A DNA stretch of 62,506 bases, the filler included. It is 6 parts of 6 records of this genome, joined end to end, with 100 filler letters (N's around TTAATTAATTAA, not from the genome) between each part and the next. Parts side by side here need not be neighbours in the genome. Positions count along the whole stretch, not along the records: positions 1 to 10,460 come from SRR31156797_1751; positions 10,561 to 19,294 come from SRR31156797_1758; 4 more parts are not named here. One strand, 5' to 3'. Of this stretch, positions 1-11,121 are shown in pieces; position 1 is the stretch's first letter, and each line of letters begins with the position of its first letter. The position numbers were made by a program, and so were the translations under genes. The notes beneath the pieces were generated by a model, which made no database searches, was not told the DNA's origin, and saw only the letters and a list, made by a program, of their open reading frames with translations.

Positions 1-4
1 AATT

Positions 5-28
5 GTAGGGGCTAACGGCAGTTCGCCC
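5..28 (+). repeat. GTAG-type REP-like palindrome
   Basis: GTAG followed by GGGCTAAC-ggca-GTTCGCCC (8-bp stem, one mismatch), intergenic. Confidence 0.55.
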
Positions 29-50
29 AAAACCCCTTCATAATAAAATC

Positions 51-85
51 AATCAAAACAGGGCAGAAACTATATTCTGCCCTGT
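51..85 (-). terminator. intrinsic terminator of MCP gene
   Basis: Perfect 11-bp inverted repeat ACAGGGCAGAA/TTCTGCCCTGT followed by a T-rich tract on the minus strand, about 35 nt after the MCP stop. Confidence 0.7.
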
Positions 86-118
86 AAACTTTTTATTTCG
101 CTAAATTCTAACAAAAAA

Positions 119-2536
119 CTAGATTTCACGTACTTTAAATTTATTTACTAATTCTTGTAACTCATCTGCACCAGCACTTAGTTGCTGAGTACTAGCTGAT
201 ATTTCTTGCATAGAGTAAGTCGTTTCCTGTATAGAGTTAGAAACTTCTTCACCTGCGTTTGCAGTTTTATCAGCGATTACTGCTACATCATCCATTGATT
301 CCATTAGATTATTCGAACTAAGCAGTTGATTATCTGTTTCTCGTTTAATCTGATCTATTTCAGAAGTAACCGAAGAAATTTTTTCGACTATAAATTCTAG
401 AGAACCCAGTGCTTTATTTACAATTTTACTACTTTCTTCTATTTCATCAGAACTTCTCTCTATTGAATCGACTGCATTTTCTGTAGTAGATGAAATTTCA
501 GCTATCAGGTTTTCTATCTCCTTTGTTGCCTTTTGTGACTCTTCAGCAAGCTTTCTTATTTCGTCAGCTACAACTGAGAAACCTCTTCCTGCTTCTCCCG
601 CTCTTGCAGCCTCGATTGCTGCATTTAATGCTAACAAATTTGTTTGCTCAGAGATTGAATTTATTACATCAACTATATTTGTTATTCTTTCACTTTTCTT
701 ACCTAAATCCCGCACAATTTCAGATGATGAATTAACTGAATCATTTATTACATCCATCTTCTCCTCAGCTTTTTTGGCAAGAACTCCACCACTTTGAGCT
801 AATTTATTTGCTTCATCAGCATTTACTGATGAGCTTTGAGCTGAAGACGCTATGAATTTAATAGACGAAACCAATTTCTCTGTCTCATCTTTGGTATCAA
901 TAGCAGAATCATGTAATCTATGTCCATCATTGGCCGTTTTAGTCATATTATCTGAAATAAGCTCGATAGATGCATTTACTTGTTGCGCTGCTGCTGAAAC
1001 TTCCAGAGAAGCTTCGGCTGTTTCCTTAACGTTATTCTTTATCTTGATTACCATTGCCTCTATACTATCTAACAATTTATTGAACCAAAAAGCCATCTTT
1101 CCCAGTTCATCCTTAGATGTTTTAAGTCTGGTAGTCAGATCTCCTTCACCTTCTGCTATGTTTTTCAATATATCAACTGTTTTTTCAATTGGAAGTAATA
1201 TTGAATTAGAAATTACAATAGATACAATTATAACTATTACTGTTGCAATAATAAAAATTAATAATAGACTATTACGTAATTTTATAACCGGTGAAAATGT
1301 CTCTTCCTCATCTATTTCTGATAATATAGCATATTCAAGACCATTAATATGAAGTTTCTTAAAAGAACTAAGAACCTTTACTCCTCGATAATCTTTGATT
1401 ATTTTAGTTCCTGTTACTTCGTTAAAGGCACTCTTTGCTGCCTCTGTTTCAATTTTCATCAGATTGATAGTTGTACCAATTCTATCCATCTGCTCAATTA
1501 GTGATGTATCATAGTCCAGTTTATTAAGCAGATCAAACATTCCCGTTTTGTCCTCTATGTAGAATCTAGAAATACTCTTCATAGTATAGTCATTACCTAC
1601 AAGATATGTCTCTCCACTTGTACCAAGACCGTCATCTACCCAATTTTCATGCCCGGTCATTATACTATTTATCCTATCAACAGGCATTTGAAAAAGTAAA
1701 ACCGATATGAAATTACCTTCATTATCAAATACAGGTGATGCAATAAATGAAGCCGGTGCAGCATAAGAAGGGGCATATGATTTAAAATCTTCTAAAATTA
1801 CCGCATTCTTATTTCCAGATCTTCCCTGTTCTACTGCTCCTCTGAAAGCATCAGCAAAATTAGTATCCTTGTAAGGCCCGGTTAATAGACTAGTTGCATA
1901 ATCCAGCTCCTTGTAAACCGAATAAAATATTCTACCTGTATCAGGATCAGCCAGAAAAATATCATAATAACCGAATTTTTCTAAGTAATCACTGATTATA
2001 GGGTGTTCGTGTTCATGATAGTCTGAGTATGCTGAACCATCATGTCCGTTATCTAACTTATGTTTCTCTCCAACAGGGTTATTATTGTTCGATATATAAT
2101 AGTATTGTAGTATTATTGTTTTCCTGTCATTTGGCAAAAATTCTGAACTCGACTGCTGAGTGGAAACATTAGCATTTAACCTTGGAAGAAATTCATCTTC
2201 ATAATAGGCTTTTACTGAACTTTCCATCTCACGATACTCTGAGTCTGTTACATTTTCACCGATATTTTCAATTGAAGATTTTAATCGCTTAGTAAAATCA
2301 ATTATCATTTGACTCTTTGAAAAAGTCACAACTTGATTATTGATTTGCTCAAAATATTCTTCAATTTGTCTAGCCTTCATCTCTCTAACAGATGTTAATT
2401 GACTAAACGCCTGCTTCTTCAACGATATAGAAGCACTTCTGTACCCCATTGTACTTAAAATCACCATAGGCACCAAAGCAAGTATTAAAAATAGTGATAT
2501 AAGTTTTGTCTTTAGTGAAATATCATTCCATTTCAT
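119..2536 (-). CDS. methyl-accepting chemotaxis protein (TM, large Cache-type sensor, TM, HAMP, MA domain)
   Basis: Two TM helices, HAMP (GDLT..DELG), signature [43 protein letters not shown]. Confidence 0.95.
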   Translation of the reverse strand: MKWNDISLKTKLISLFLILALVPMVILSTMGYRSASISLKKQAFSQLTSVREMKARQIEEYFEQINNQVVTFSKSQMIIDFTKRLKSSIENIGENVTDSEYREMESSVKAYYEDEFLPRLNANVSTQQSSSEFLPNDRKTIILQYYYISNNNNPVGEKHKLDNGHDGSAYSDYHEHEHPIISDYLEKFGYYDIFLADPDTGRIFYSVYKELDYATSLLTGPYKDTNFADAFRGAVEQGRSGNKNAVILEDFKSYAPSYAAPASFIASPVFDNEGNFISVLLFQMPVDRINSIMTGHENWVDDGLGTSGETYLVGNDYTMKSISRFYIEDKTGMFDLLNKLDYDTSLIEQMDRIGTTINLMKIETEAAKSAFNEVTGTKIIKDYRGVKVLSSFKKLHINGLEYAILSEIDEEETFSPVIKLRNSLLLIFIIATVIVIIVSIVISNSILLPIEKTVDILKNIAEGEGDLTTRLKTSKDELGKMAFWFNKLLDSIEAMVIKIKNNVKETAEASLEVSAAAQQVNASIELISDNMTKTANDGHRLHDSAIDTKDETEKLVSSIKFIASSAQSSSVNADEANKLAQSGGVLAKKAEEKMDVINDSVNSSSEIVRDLGKKSERITNIVDVINSISEQTNLLALNAAIEAARAGEAGRGFSVVADEIRKLAEESQKATKEIENLIAEISSTTENAVDSIERSSDEIEESSKIVNKALGSLEFIVEKISSVTSEIDQIKRETDNQLLSSNNLMESMDDVAVIADKTANAGEEVSNSIQETTYSMQEISASTQQLSAGADELQELVNKFKVREI

Positions 2537-2907
2537 CTAAAATAACCTCCCGAAAACTAATTTTCAACTATCTTTACAACCACATATTCAACCTTTGTAC
2601 TATCCAACCTCAACCATTTCAGTATATAGTATCATATAGTCACTATTTTTTTAATAACTCTCCGGCTAAATAACATTAACTAGTTAGATTTTAACTCTAT
2701 ATAGCATATATTGTATTAATTTAAAACAAATAAAATTACATTTACTTTTTTTATTTTAATTTACATATTTTAAGATAAGCAAGAATTGATTAACAAATAT
2801 GCACTCTGTTTTGAAAAAAAATCAAAATGTTGTAGTAGTTTTGTAAAAAAATAAAGGAAAGTATGGTTTTTATAATAAAATATAACCATATTGACATTGA
2901 GTTTTAA

Positions 2908-2936
2908 TTGTAAATACACTGTTGCTGTGATATAAT
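2908..2936 (+). promoter_or_regulatory. sigma70-type promoter upstream of the kinase gene
   Basis: TTGTAA-17 nt-TATAAT with extended -10 TG; AT-rich context lowers specificity. Confidence 0.45.
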
Positions 2937-3221
2937 TTTAATAAGAAAATTTTTGATAAAAAAGGTAATGAATAGTTAAAAATTGTAATAGTTTTTAAGT
3001 ACACGTAATAAAAAAATACATAGATTCAACTCGTGTAAATATGGAATTTATCCCTACAATTTTTATAGTTTGCCATAATTAAGACATTCATTATAATTTT
3101 ATCAATTTGTAATAAACGAATAAATTTATGAAACATTATTGATTTTACTCAAGTGAAAATAGAAAGTTTTTTATACTGGTGTACATAGATTTATAACGTT
3201 AATAAAAGAATGGAGTAAAAA

Positions 3222-6200
3222 ATGATAGAAATAAAAGGATATCAAATTTTATCTAAAGACAGCGTTTCACAGAGTGCTCTCTATGAAAGTAATGATACAG
3301 TTATTTATAGAGGATTAAGAAAAGAAGATGGGAAACCTGTAATTATAAAAATGCTTAAGCATGAATATCCACTCCCGGAGCAAATAGCACGTTTTAAACG
3401 TGAATATGAAATGACTCATACATTGAATTCTACGAAAGTGATACAAGTATATAGTTTTGAAAAATATAAAAATGCTTACGCTATGATTATGGAGGATTTC
3501 GGGGGAGAATCCCTTGCGAAACAATCAATAGCAACTACTGAAGATGAACTTGTTAATTTGAATATATTTTTTAATATTGCTATTCAAGTATTGGAAGCTT
3601 TAGGAGAAATTCATCAAAAAAATATAATACATAAGGATATTAACCCATCAAATATTGTTTGGAATTCAGATAAAAAAGAGGCTAAAATTATTGATTTTGG
3701 AATCTCAACAATCTTATCTAGAGAAAAGGCTTCGATTTCCAATCCGGATGAGCTGGAAGGGACATTGGCATATATGTCGCCGGAGCAAACAGGAAGAATG
3801 AATCGTACTATGGATTATAGAACAGATTTTTACTCATTAGGAGTAACTTTCTATGAACTATTAACCGGTAAATTACCTTTTTCCACTAACGATTCTATGG
3901 AGATGGTTCATTGGCACATTGCCAAGACAGCACTTGCACCTCACAAAGTAAATAATAAGATTCCTGAAATGATCTCAAGAATTATCATGAAACTTATTGC
4001 TAAGACAGCGGAAGAACGTTATCAAAGTTCATTTGGGCTTATGATGGATCTAAAGTCATGTCAGAAGCAATTTGCATTAAATAATGAAATTGAAGAGTTC
4101 GAACTAGGTCAGCATGATATATCAGATCATTTTCAGATTCCCCAAAAATTATATGGTCGTGAAGATGAGATCGAAGTACTACTAAGTGCATTTAATAAGG
4201 TCAGCAAAGGAGCAGCTGAAATGATGCTTGTTGCAGGTTATTCAGGTGTTGGGAAATCATCTATAATTGAAGAGATACAGAAACCCATAGTAGAGAGAAG
4301 AGGGTACTTCATTTCAGGGAAATTTGATCAATATCAAAAGAATATTCCTTACGCCTCTGTTATCCAAGCATTCCATGAGTTAATTGAGTATTTGTTAACA
4401 GAAAGTGATGAAAAAATATTAGATTGGAAAAATAAACTTTTAACTGCTCTGGAAGATTTAGGGCAGATTATTATAGATGTAATTCCTGAAATTGAGTATA
4501 TTATAGGCCCTCAAATTAAACCTATTGAATTAAGCGGAAATGAGGCCGAAAATCGATTTAAAGCTGTTTTTGAAAAATTTTTAGGTGTATTCTGCTCAAA
4601 AGATCATCCACTTGTGCTTTTTCTGGATGATTTACAGTGGGCGGATTTAGCTTCTTTAAACCTGATTCAAACACTTCTAACTGGAGAGAAAAAACACCAT
4701 TTATTGATTATAGGGGCCTATAGAGATAATGAAGTATCTCAGTCACATCCGCTAACACTTATTATAGAAGAAATAGAAAAGAAAAAATCTATTCAACGAA
4801 TAAAACTACAAGCTTTGAACATGGAACATACAAATGAGCTAATTGCAGATACACTTTATAGTAGTACTGAAGAGACAAATGCACTAGCTGAATTAGTTTA
4901 TCATAAAACAGGCGGAAATCCTTTTTTCCTTAATAAGTTATTGCATACAATGTACGAAGAACAGTTATTAAATTTTAACTTAGAAGAGGGAAATTGGACA
5001 TGGGAACTAGAAAGTATTAAATCAATGGGTGTAAGTGAAAATGTAGTTGATTTAATGGTCTCAAAGATTAATAAACTAAAAAATGAAACCAGAGAGCTTT
5101 TGGTTTTAGCCAGTTGTTTAGGAAATCAGTTTAATATCGATATTCTTTCTAAGATAAGTAATATGGATTCACAAAAAGTTGCTGTAAATCTTTTTGATGC
5201 TATTCAGGAGGAGTTGATTATAGCCTTAGGTGAAAACTATCAATACTTTGCAAATTTTGATGAAGAAGAGAGTAAAGTTGAATCCAAGAAAATAGCTTAT
5301 AAATTTATTCATGATAGAATCCATGAAGCTGCATACTCTCTAATGTCTGAGAATGAGAGGAAGAAAATACACTTAAAAGTTGGAAAAAATCTTCTGGAAA
5401 GTACAGATGAAAATAATTTACATGATAAAATTTTTGATATAGTAAATAATTTGAATCTATCCGAGGAATTGATTACAGATCAAACACAGAGAGATGAATT
5501 AGCCGGATTAAATCTAATAGCTGCTAAAAAAGCAAAAGCTTCAACAGCTTATACTGCTGCTTTGTCCGATGTTATTCAAGGTATAGTATTATTAGGAGAA
5601 AATGGATGGGATAGATGTTATGATACCATGTTTTCATTGTATAGAGAGCGAATTGAATGTGAGTTCCTATGTGGAAAAATAGATAAATCAGAGAAATTAT
5701 TTGAGATCGCAATCCAAAATGCTAAAACAAAACATGAAACTGGTGAACTTTATCAATTAATGATGAGAATCTATCTTACAGATAATAACTATTTAGAGGG
5801 AGTAAAGTTAGGAAAAAAAGGTCTACTGTTATTTGGAATAAATATTCCTGATGACCCGACAGAATATCAGGCAGAAGTGGAGAAGGAGCTAAAAGCAATT
5901 AAAGATTACACTTCTGAGCTTGGAGTTTTAGATTTGGTAAATGCTCCTGAAATGACTGATAAAGATATGATTATCTGTACCGGTATTTTTCATGAGCTAA
6001 TCGTTTGTTTTGTAATGTTGTCTCATGAGCAACTTTTTCTAACAGTACTTATTTTGATAAATTTATCTTTTAAATACGGTCAATCTGCAATAACGGCTGT
6101 TGGTTATATATTTTATTCTATAACACTTTCATTCCAGCAGGATTATGATAATGCGTATTTTTATGGTGATCTGGCAATGAAATTAAAAGAGAAATACCTT

Positions 6201-8579
6201 AACCCGTTATATGCGCCTAAGGTTCATAATACATTTTGTAATTTTGTAAATCATTATAAAAATCATATAGAAACTAACGTTCCAATATACGAAGATTCGT
6301 ATAAATACTGCCTGCAATCAGGTGAAACTTGGTGGGGAGCATGGGCTGTTTCGTTTATTAGAACGGCAAAACTTGTAAAAGGTGATTCTCTTGAGGATGT
6401 CTATAAAACTGCCAAAAAATATTCGGATTATATTATTTCATCTAAGTTTGAGCCTTTAGTTCAAGTAATGCATGCACAAACATATAAAATTTCTAATTTG
6501 ATGGATATGACAGGAACGAAAACATCTCTTAGTTCCGGAGAGTTTGATGAGGATAAAATGATAACAAGCTTAGAGCAGATGCCATTTGATGTGGGATTGT
6601 TCTGGCATTATACATATAAGTCTATGTTACTCTATCTTTATGGAGAGAAAGAATTAGCTCTGGAAATTACTATGAAAAGTGATAAGATAAAGGATAATGT
6701 AGTTCCGGGATTAATGATGTATCCTGATCACTTTTTCTTTAACACACTGATAATTGCAGATAACTATGAAACATTTGCAGATCAGGATAAAGAGCAATAT
6801 CTTGAATTAATGAAAAAAAGTATAGCTCAAATGGAACTTTGGACTACTCATTCAGCAGAAAATTTTAAACACAGATATTTATTAATGAGTGCTGAACTGG
6901 CTAGGATTACAGGCGATGATTTAGAAGCAATGGATCTGTACGAACAGGCTATAGAGTATGCACAGAAAAACAAATTCTTAAATCATGAAGCTATTTCAAA
7001 TGAACTGGCTGCAAAATTTTATCTTAGAAAAAACAGAAAAAATGCAGCTAAAGGATATCTGCATGAAGCTCGTTATTGTTATCTGAAATGGGGAGCAAAA
7101 AGAAAATTAATCTATTTTGATAAAGAATATGGAGAGCTGTTAGCAGAGAATGCTTATACTGGTAATTCTGCGTCTTTTACGGATGATCTCTCTTTAACCA
7201 CTGTAAAAACAAGAACAGGAACTTCAGCTGTTTTTGATTTAGGATCAGTGATAAAGGCATCTCAAGCTATATCCGGAGAAATAGTTCTGGAAAGATTTTT
7301 AGAAAAATTAATAAAACTTATGATTGAAAATGCTGGTGCTCAAAAAGGATTTTTACTACTTAATCATAACGGTCAACTTAGAATTGAAGCAGAGGCGGAA
7401 ATTGAAAAGGATGAAGTTACTCTTATCCAAACTGAGTTAACGAATTCTGATGAAACGGAGATATCAAAATCAATAATTCATTTTGTAGAGAGAACAAAAG
7501 AAGCATTAGTGCTGGATGATGCAAGCAGTGATGAGCGTTTTAATGAAGATGTCTATATTTCGACATATAATATAAAATCAGTACTATGCGCGCCTATACT
7601 GCATCAAGGAAAATTAACGGGTATTATTTACTTAGAAAATAATCTAGTTACGGGTGCATTTACTCCGGAACGTTTGGAGATTCTGAATCTTTTATCTTCA
7701 CAAACTGCGATTTCATTAGAAAATGCGAGACTTTATTCTAATTTGGAGCTAAAAGTAGAGGAACGTACAGAGAAATTAAATCAAATGCTACAATATATGG
7801 AAAATGCTAATAAAAAAATAATGGATAGTATAAAATATGCACAGCTTATTCAATCAGCTATACTTCCAAAAAAAGATGAAATTCACAGTAATTTCCCTGA
7901 AAGTTTTATAATTTGGGAGCCGAGAGATCTTGTAGGAGGAGACTTTTATCAATTCTATCCTACTACTCAAGGAAAGCTGCTAATACTTGGTGATTGTACT
8001 GGTCATGGTGTTCCAGGTGGATTTATGACTATGCTTTCAGTATCTGCCCTAAGAAGAATTATTTTCGCCAATAATTGCTTTGATCCGGCTGAAATATTAT
8101 CTCAGTTAAATAAAATTATAAAAACCTCTCTAAATCAAACTTACAAAAGAACAGATGCTAATGTTGGTTTAGACGGTGGAATTTGCTTAATTAACGAAGA
8201 GACTAGTACTCTTACTTTTGCAGGAGCGCGTATTTCACTAGTTATAATAAAAGATGGAGAGTTAACTGAAATCAAAGGTGACAGAAAATCTATTGGATAT
8301 AGAATTTCCAAACGATCTTCATTTAATTCTACTTTTACAAATAATTCAATTTCTTTAGAAAAAGGTATGAGTTTCTATATATTCACTGATGGATTTATCG
8401 ATCAGTTCGGAGAAGAATCACAAAGGTCATTTGGAAAAACTAGACTTTTTGATTTACTGCTTCAAAATCATCACATGTCATTTAGTGAACAGAAAGAGAT
8501 AATACTTGAAGAGTTTAAAAATTATCAAGGTGCTAACGATCGATTGGATGATGTAACAATTATGGGATTTAGAGTATAA
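3222..8579 (+). CDS. multidomain Ser/Thr kinase - AAA/STAND-like NTPase - helical repeats - GAF - SpoIIE/PP2C phosphatase
   Basis: Kinase VIIK, HKDINPSN, DFG, GTLAYMSPE; Walker A GYSGVGKS, Walker B LFLDDLQW; GAF (SVLCAPI..GIIYLEN); PP2C VGGDFY, DCTGHGVPG, FTDG, DDVT. Confidence 0.93.
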   Translation: MIEIKGYQILSKDSVSQSALYESNDTVIYRGLRKEDGKPVIIKMLKHEYPLPEQIARFKREYEMTHTLNSTKVIQVYSFEKYKNAYAMIMEDFGGESLAKQSIATTEDELVNLNIFFNIAIQVLEALGEIHQKNIIHKDINPSNIVWNSDKKEAKIIDFGISTILSREKASISNPDELEGTLAYMSPEQTGRMNRTMDYRTDFYSLGVTFYELLTGKLPFSTNDSMEMVHWHIAKTALAPHKVNNKIPEMISRIIMKLIAKTAEERYQSSFGLMMDLKSCQKQFALNNEIEEFELGQHDISDHFQIPQKLYGREDEIEVLLSAFNKVSKGAAEMMLVAGYSGVGKSSIIEEIQKPIVERRGYFISGKFDQYQKNIPYASVIQAFHELIEYLLTESDEKILDWKNKLLTALEDLGQIIIDVIPEIEYIIGPQIKPIELSGNEAENRFKAVFEKFLGVFCSKDHPLVLFLDDLQWADLASLNLIQTLLTGEKKHHLLIIGAYRDNEVSQSHPLTLIIEEIEKKKSIQRIKLQALNMEHTNELIADTLYSSTEETNALAELVYHKTGGNPFFLNKLLHTMYEEQLLNFNLEEGNWTWELESIKSMGVSENVVDLMVSKINKLKNETRELLVLASCLGNQFNIDILSKISNMDSQKVAVNLFDAIQEELIIALGENYQYFANFDEEESKVESKKIAYKFIHDRIHEAAYSLMSENERKKIHLKVGKNLLESTDENNLHDKIFDIVNNLNLSEELITDQTQRDELAGLNLIAAKKAKASTAYTAALSDVIQGIVLLGENGWDRCYDTMFSLYRERIECEFLCGKIDKSEKLFEIAIQNAKTKHETGELYQLMMRIYLTDNNYLEGVKLGKKGLLLFGINIPDDPTEYQAEVEKELKAIKDYTSELGVLDLVNAPEMTDKDMIICTGIFHELIVCFVMLSHEQLFLTVLILINLSFKYGQSAITAVGYIFYSITLSFQQDYDNAYFYGDLAMKLKEKYLNPLYAPKVHNTFCNFVNHYKNHIETNVPIYEDSYKYCLQSGETWWGAWAVSFIRTAKLVKGDSLEDVYKTAKKYSDYIISSKFEPLVQVMHAQTYKISNLMDMTGTKTSLSSGEFDEDKMITSLEQMPFDVGLFWHYTYKSMLLYLYGEKELALEITMKSDKIKDNVVPGLMMYPDHFFFNTLIIADNYETFADQDKEQYLELMKKSIAQMELWTTHSAENFKHRYLLMSAELARITGDDLEAMDLYEQAIEYAQKNKFLNHEAISNELAAKFYLRKNRKNAAKGYLHEARYCYLKWGAKRKLIYFDKEYGELLAENAYTGNSASFTDDLSLTTVKTRTGTSAVFDLGSVIKASQAISGEIVLERFLEKLIKLMIENAGAQKGFLLLNHNGQLRIEAEAEIEKDEVTLIQTELTNSDETEISKSIIHFVERTKEALVLDDASSDERFNEDVYISTYNIKSVLCAPILHQGKLTGIIYLENNLVTGAFTPERLEILNLLSSQTAISLENARLYSNLELKVEERTEKLNQMLQYMENANKKIMDSIKYAQLIQSAILPKKDEIHSNFPESFIIWEPRDLVGGDFYQFYPTTQGKLLILGDCTGHGVPGGFMTMLSVSALRRIIFANNCFDPAEILSQLNKIIKTSLNQTYKRTDANVGLDGGICLINEETSTLTFAGARISLVIIKDGELTEIKGDRKSIGYRISKRSSFNSTFTNNSISLEKGMSFYIFTDGFIDQFGEESQRSFGKTRLFDLLLQNHHMSFSEQKEIILEEFKNYQGANDRLDDVTIMGFRV

Positions 8580-8605
8580 TAACTTTACAGCTTAAATTTA
8601 ACAAT

Positions 8606-8648
8606 AAAAACAATCTTTTGCTTATTTTAAGTAAGAGATTGTTTTTTT
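8606..8648 (+). terminator. intrinsic terminator
   Basis: AAAAACAATCT...AGATTGTTTTT stem with T tract just after the kinase stop. Confidence 0.65.
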
Positions 8649-8885
8649 ATTACTTATATTTTTAACTTGAATTGGCATCATTATCAGGTATAATATGATG
8701 AGGTAGCTCCATTTGAAATATTTGATTTTACCGGATATATATATGCTATGGCAGTTAGTATAGACGAGGAGGATGAAAGTTTGCCTTATCTGTAATGAAA
8801 ATGGAAGAGACCCTCTCTATAAAGAGATAGAAAAGGGCCTAGAAAAAGTTAAAAGAAAGGATTTGAACTTAACAGACAGTAAATT

Positions 8886-10010
8886 ATGCCAAAAGAAAGG
8901 ATATTAATTATGCAGAAAACAATGGGGGATATGGCTAAATTTTTGAAACAATTAATACCAATGAGTATTCCTGAAAAATACTCAATTAAGCCGATGTTTC
9001 GTGAGATATCAGTTGAAGAAGATATAAGAAACGGAGTTAGTGCTTTTAGAGATTTTATGTATAGGCTTTGCGACTGCTTAATTTCAGATGAAGAGCTGTC
9101 TAATATAGTTCGAAAAGGTAAGAAAAAGAATGCTGATGAAATATCCTTGTCAGTAGAATTTCCATTTCTAAATAATATTAGAAGTATATTTATAAACATA
9201 GGATATTACGGTATTCTATCAGAGCAAGGTGATTCTCTAACAATAGTAGACTGGGATAGATTTAGAAGGCAAAAGTCACTTAGTAAAAATTCAAGAACAA
9301 AAATATCCAATACGCAAATGTTTAAAGCTATGCGTTTTTTAAACAAACTGGGTATTGAGTTTGATGGAATTGATTTAAATGTGAAGAAACCAGATATATC
9401 GGAAATTAAAACAATTAAAATGAGCTATCCTGATTCTCCAAATATGCTAACAGCAATAAAAACTCTGGCTATTGCTGAGAATGAATTAGCAAATCGTAGC
9501 AATGACTATATATTAATGAGATGTGATTATAAGGTACTAAAAGATGAAGAAAATGAAGATGAGTTAGTTTTAGAAGAGTTTAATTTTCCACTATCACAAA
9601 GCTTGCAAAACTTTGTATGTAACTTTCATAAGCATGCTATAGACGCAGGGATGCAATGTAAAATAGAGTTAAGACAATTATGTATTAATTTTATCTATTC
9701 ATATAAACGTAAAGATATATTGAGGTTCTCTAGTTCTTTAATAAATGATTATCGTGTAGTTTTCAAAACAAAAAATACTGATAATTATCCTGACGTTATT
9801 GAGGGGTTTCCTGAGTTTCTGCAAGAAAGAATAGCAAAAGGTTATGGATGTGACAGAAAAGCTGGTAGTGGTCACGGTAGTTGCCTAAAAGGCTGTGAGG
9901 GTTTTAGTTTCTCATTGAATGAATCTATAATCGATATAGCTGAGGATTTAAAAATTTGGCTGGATAGTGAGTTGTCAAGTATGCAGAAAAAAAGAAAGAG
10001 TAGAATTTAG
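8886..10010 (+). CDS. hypothetical protein (likely start MQKT at codon 9)
   Basis: 374-aa ORF with normal composition and a C-terminal GYGC..C..GC motif; no recognised domain. Confidence 0.75.
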   Translation: MPKERILIMQKTMGDMAKFLKQLIPMSIPEKYSIKPMFREISVEEDIRNGVSAFRDFMYRLCDCLISDEELSNIVRKGKKKNADEISLSVEFPFLNNIRSIFINIGYYGILSEQGDSLTIVDWDRFRRQKSLSKNSRTKISNTQMFKAMRFLNKLGIEFDGIDLNVKKPDISEIKTIKMSYPDSPNMLTAIKTLAIAENELANRSNDYILMRCDYKVLKDEENEDELVLEEFNFPLSQSLQNFVCNFHKHAIDAGMQCKIELRQLCINFIYSYKRKDILRFSSSLINDYRVVFKTKNTDNYPDVIEGFPEFLQERIAKGYGCDRKAGSGHGSCLKGCEGFSFSLNESIIDIAEDLKIWLDSELSSMQKKRKSRI

Positions 10011-10022
10011 TTTTATTTACTT

Positions 10023-10070
10023 TATATATAGGGCAGACCTCCAACGGTCTAGCCCTATATATATTTTTTT
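10023..10070. terminator. bidirectional terminator-like hairpin between convergent genes
   Basis: TATATATAGGGC-AGACC-loop-GGTCT-a-GCCCTATATATA followed by a T run. Confidence 0.7.
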
Positions 10071-10460
10071 TTACGCTTGTTCGACATGCTTAAAACAATC
10101 AATACTGTGATTATTCATTATACCTATAGCTTCCAAGTATGAATAAGTTGTTACACTTCCCATGAATTTAAAGCCTCTCTTCTTCATATTCTTTGTTACT
10201 CTGTCAGAAAGCTCATTTTTAGTAACAGGGGTATTATTTCCTATATAGACAATTTTATTATCTGTAAATGACCAGATATAATCACGAAAAGTTCCGAACT
10301 CTTTCTGAATTTCCAGGAATCGTTTAGCATTATTTATATTTGCTCTAATCTTCTTTTCATTTCTCACTATTCCGGCATTCTGCATTAATTTCTGTATTTT
10401 ATCTTCATCATAGTGTTGAATTATCTCAGCTTCAAAATTATCAAAAGCTTTTCTGAATTC
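10071..10460 (-). CDS. tag: DNA-3-methyladenine glycosylase I, 5' end cut by contig edge
   Basis: Frame open to the contig edge (FRKAFDNF..); motifs GIVRN..KI, MKKRGFKFMGS, GIMNNH..C. Confidence 0.9.
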   Translation of the reverse strand, partial: EFRKAFDNFEAEIIQHYDEDKIQKLMQNAGIVRNEKKIRANINNAKRFLEIQKEFGTFRDYIWSFTDNKIVYIGNNTPVTKNELSDRVTKNMKKRGFKFMGSVTTYSYLEAIGIMNNHSIDCFKHVEQA

Positions 10461-10560
10461 NNNNNNNNNNNNNNNNNNNNNNNNNNNNNNNNNNNNNNNN
10501 NNNNTTAATTAATTAANNNNNNNNNNNNNNNNNNNNNNNNNNNNNNNNNNNNNNNNNNNN
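10461..10560. other. artificial contig-joining spacer
   Basis: N44-TTAATTAATTAA-N44, stop codons in all six frames. Confidence 0.98.
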
Positions 10561-11115
10561 AGATAATAAAATCCCGAAAATTCCTAGATGATAAAATTGA
10601 AGTGAAATTAAAGTGCAACATATTATTAAAATAGAATTGCATACACCATATATCATAAATTTCGTTGGATTGTTAAACGCTCTATAGACAGATAATAAAT
10701 TTAACTGAATTACTTTAAATACAGAAATAAAATAGCATATAATTAAGTAGGCGGTTTGAAATCCATCAAGAAACTTTTGAAATAGTTGTGTGATAATAAT
10801 TAAGAATACGGGAAATAATGTAATTGAAATAAATAATGATACTACTAAGCAAGATCCAATTAATAATCCTATTTCTCCAGATTTTTGAAATTCATCCTTG
10901 AATCTTACTAAAGCATCTCTCATACCAAGGTTAATAAAGTGAGTAGTAAGCTGAATTGTTACTAAATATATTGCTAACATTCCATATTCAGTATTGCTGA
11001 GAAATGCTAAATATATTGGTATCAATAAAAAAGAAGTCGCTCTTATCCCAATATTTCCAATCGAATATATTCCTGCATTTTTATATAGGTTCTTTATGCT
11101 TAGTGAATTTTTCAT
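10561..11115 (-). CDS. wzx: oligosaccharide flippase (Wzx family), 3' end cut by contig edge
   Basis: N-terminal KNAGIYSIGN..FLLIPIY..LS..EYG pattern, multiple TM helices. Confidence 0.8.
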
Positions 11116-11121
11116 ATCAAA

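Noticed and set aside
490-1352. Plus-strand ORFs inside the MCP, and similar short antisense ORFs in contigs B, C, E and F
   Set aside because: Fully overlap confident genes and show no motifs
10505-10516. Recurring TTAATTAATTAA as a biological repeat
   Set aside because: Always centred in 100-nt N blocks; it is a six-frame stop linker, and ORF-track ends at 10513, 38457 and 53799 are artefacts of it
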